Shown here: positions 61,775 to 64,000 of the stretch, in pieces
Layout of the letters: every line of letters starts with the position of its first letter
Position numbering within the stretch: the first letter of the stretch is position 1
From: Nitrospirota bacterium
Lineage (GTDB): Bacteria > Nitrospirota > Nitrospiria > Nitrospirales > Nitrospiraceae
Length of the DNA stretch: 64,000 nucleotides
Direction of reading: 5' to 3'
NCBI GenBank assembly: GCA_963703955.1
Contig: CAVPGK010000011.1
Coordinates: forward strand, 64,001-128,000
Made by a program: the position numbers and the translations under genes
Notes under the pieces: model-generated
The model's database searches: none
Seen by the model: only the letters and a program-made list of their open reading frames with translations
What the model was told of the DNA's origin: nothing

Positions 61775-63605
61775 TCTGATCGGTGCCCTTCGCCACAAGC
61801 ATCTCACACCGGCCATCGTCTTTCTGACATCGCGTCGCGCTTGCGACGAGGCGATCCAAGCCTTTCAACGAAGCCAGGCCGTCCTACCTGCCGCCCGCCA
61901 GCGCGCCATTGCGTCCGTTCTGGACCGTCTGGTCGCTCAATACCCCAGTATCGGCGAGCATCCCCTTCTGCCCACCGTGACCCACGTGGGGGTCGCGGCT
62001 CATCACGCCGGCCATCTCCCGTCATGGAAAATTGCCATCGAGGAATTGATGCGGCAGGGCTGTTTAGATGCGGTCTTTGCCACGACCACGCTGGCGGCCG
62101 GCGTAGATTTCCCCGCGCGGACGGTGGTCCTCACCCAATCGAGTGTCCGCAAGACCCGGGATTTTACCGACCTGACGATCGGCGAGGTCCAGCAACTCGC
62201 CGGCCGAGCTGGCCGGCGCGGCAAAGACCTCGTCGGTTTCGCCGTGGTGACGCCTTCTCCATATATCGACCTGGGGGTGATCACCCGCGGGCTTACCGGA
62301 CAACCGGAGCCGATCGACAGCCAGTTTGTCATTTCCTATCCGATGGTCTTGAACCTCCTCAAGGCACACCCACTCGAGCACATACAGGCGATTTTGGCGA
62401 AGAGCTTTGCGCAGTTTCAGCTCAATCGACGCGCCGAATCGCTGGAAGGAAAATTGGACGCGCTTCACATGCAGATGCAACCCTACGGGCCCCGCGTCTG
62501 CACGGACTGGATCACGCAATGGCAGGTCTTCGACCATGCCAGAAAGCAAAAAGCCCATCGCGTTCAGGTCAAACGCCGTGAGACGCCCGAGCTGACTGCG
62601 CGCCTCCACTTCCTCACACCCGGACGCGTCGTGGGATTGCCGAAAGCACGGGGGATCGTTCTCCGACAGTACCGCAGTCGCGGTCAGCGAGCTCCCATGA
62701 TCACGGTCCTCCGCCCGGACGGCGCGATTACGGAATGCCCGGCGGCCATAGTGACGCAAATCTTCGACCGCGCCTATGAGGTGGCTGAAGCAGCGGTCTA
62801 TCCCTGGTGCACGCCGAAAAGCTTGGATGATTTGCTCCAGCACCTGACGGATCTCCCTCCGCGAATCCCCGTGTTGCCGATCCTGGTTCAACCAGAGCTT
62901 GAAGAAAGCGAGATAGCGCATACCCTGACCGACGAATTCCCCTGCCCCACCTGCCCTTCTCGCCCGGCATGCCAGAAGGATCATGCCATAGCATTGCGTT
63001 TGCGACAGGAGATTCATCGGCACACCAAAACGATCCTGGCGCTCCGGACGGGGCTGTGGCACCGATTCCAGGCCCGTGCCGAGGCGCTCCAGCAGTTCGG
63101 CTATTTGACGCCGACCTGTCATCTCACGGAAGACGGCGAATGGGCACGGCTCATCCGCATCGACCATTCGCTCCTCATCACCGAACTCATCCGGGCCGAC
63201 GCCTTCACCGGAATCGAACCGCAGGGTCTGGCCGGCGTCATGGCGAGTATCGCGCACGACGACGATCGCCCGGGTGCCTTTCCTCGCATCAGTCCGGGGC
63301 TTGCCTCACTGCTAGGGCAAGTCAGGCAGCTTGCGGAATCGTTGGCGCCGCACGAGGACCCGCCATTGCTCAGGGCGGATGTGGCCAGTCTGACGGAACG
63401 TTGGATCGGGGATCCGACGCTCACGTGGATCGGCCTGTGCCGCACCACGACGATGGCGGAAGGTGATATCTACCGGTTGTTGGCTCGAACGCTCGAGTAC
63501 CTGTCCCAGATCCATCAATTGTATGAAACCCATCCGGGACTGGCGGAGATTGCAAGTCGAGCGATTAAGAATCTGCGGCGGGGCGTGCTTGAGGAATTAC
63601 CCTGA
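61749..63605 (+). CDS. Ski2/HelY-like helicase C-terminal half (RecA2 + DSHCT), no Walker A/DExH
   Basis: AIVFLTSRRAC, HHAG, ATTTLAAGVDFPART, QLAGRAGRRG, EGDIYRLL. Confidence 0.88.
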   Translation: MPPSIHPVDLIGALRHKHLTPAIVFLTSRRACDEAIQAFQRSQAVLPAARQRAIASVLDRLVAQYPSIGEHPLLPTVTHVGVAAHHAGHLPSWKIAIEELMRQGCLDAVFATTTLAAGVDFPARTVVLTQSSVRKTRDFTDLTIGEVQQLAGRAGRRGKDLVGFAVVTPSPYIDLGVITRGLTGQPEPIDSQFVISYPMVLNLLKAHPLEHIQAILAKSFAQFQLNRRAESLEGKLDALHMQMQPYGPRVCTDWITQWQVFDHARKQKAHRVQVKRRETPELTARLHFLTPGRVVGLPKARGIVLRQYRSRGQRAPMITVLRPDGAITECPAAIVTQIFDRAYEVAEAAVYPWCTPKSLDDLLQHLTDLPPRIPVLPILVQPELEESEIAHTLTDEFPCPTCPSRPACQKDHAIALRLRQEIHRHTKTILALRTGLWHRFQARAEALQQFGYLTPTCHLTEDGEWARLIRIDHSLLITELIRADAFTGIEPQGLAGVMASIAHDDDRPGAFPRISPGLASLLGQVRQLAESLAPHEDPPLLRADVASLTERWIGDPTLTWIGLCRTTTMAEGDIYRLLARTLEYLSQIHQLYETHPGLAEIASRAIKNLRRGVLEELP

Positions 63606-63665
63606 TGGAAACCCTCAGTCATCCCGCAAGTAGCTGATGGCTGAGAATTAAAACTTTGTCAGGCC

Positions 63666-64000
63666 ATGACTACCGACGAACTCGAGAAAATCCTTGCCGA
63701 GCAGCCCGTCGGGCGTTTGCACCGGCTCGCAAGAGGTCGTATCCGTCGGCACTTCCGGCTCGGGAAGCGGCGTCTGATAGAAGCGCTGTTAAGGCATGCA
63801 TCAGAAAACCGCGCTGGGCTGGAATCGGACCTCTCCGCTTTGATGCGCGACGAGCCGAAACGGGATGAATCCCCACATCGCCGGAAACCAGAATTTCAGA
63901 AGCACGAACGGCACCTCGAACGCCACCTATCCGGTCGCATCGCAGGAGATCCGGCGGAAGCCGACCTCACCGCCTTCCTATCGGGGATCGGGATTCCCCC
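63666..64000 (+). CDS. Partial ORF running off the right edge (possible N-terminal half of the helicase)
   Basis: Open frame MTTDELEKILAEQP...FLSGIGIP, no stop before the window end. Confidence 0.65.
   Translation, partial: MTTDELEKILAEQPVGRLHRLARGRIRRHFRLGKRRLIEALLRHASENRAGLESDLSALMRDEPKRDESPHRRKPEFQKHERHLERHLSGRIAGDPAEADLTAFLSGIGIP

Overview
Chromosomal window from a GC-rich bacterium; gene content and order suggest a Nitrospira-like organism (inference). Mostly housekeeping genes: mutY-mutT, tRNA-Arg/tRNA-Pro, rph-rdgB, an HD-GYP response regulator, a heavily frameshifted metH, hemW, cax, clpS, a thiS-cysK-moeB-thrC-moaD-NIL-moeB-JAMM sulfur-carrier operon, def, a czcCBA-type efflux operon, potABCD, glgC and a Ski2-like helicase. 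Most notable: (1) an AT-richer four-gene module (coiled-coil protein; membrane protein with a longin/roadblock-like cytoplasmic domain and OmpA-like C-terminus; Rab-like GTPase; PAS protein) next to an intact IS630; (2) a ~4.2 kb island in tRNA-Pro(TGG) that displaced the 5' half of the tRNA and seems to supply its promoter; (3) an ANTAR-type dual-hairpin/terminator leader at the left edge; (4) a modular MITE-like repeat family, with one module in frame inside a FAD monooxygenase; (5) a collapsed czcA paralog and an apparently split, order-swapped helicase. Several single-base frameshifts probably reflect sequencing error. All family assignments come from motif recognition, with no database search.
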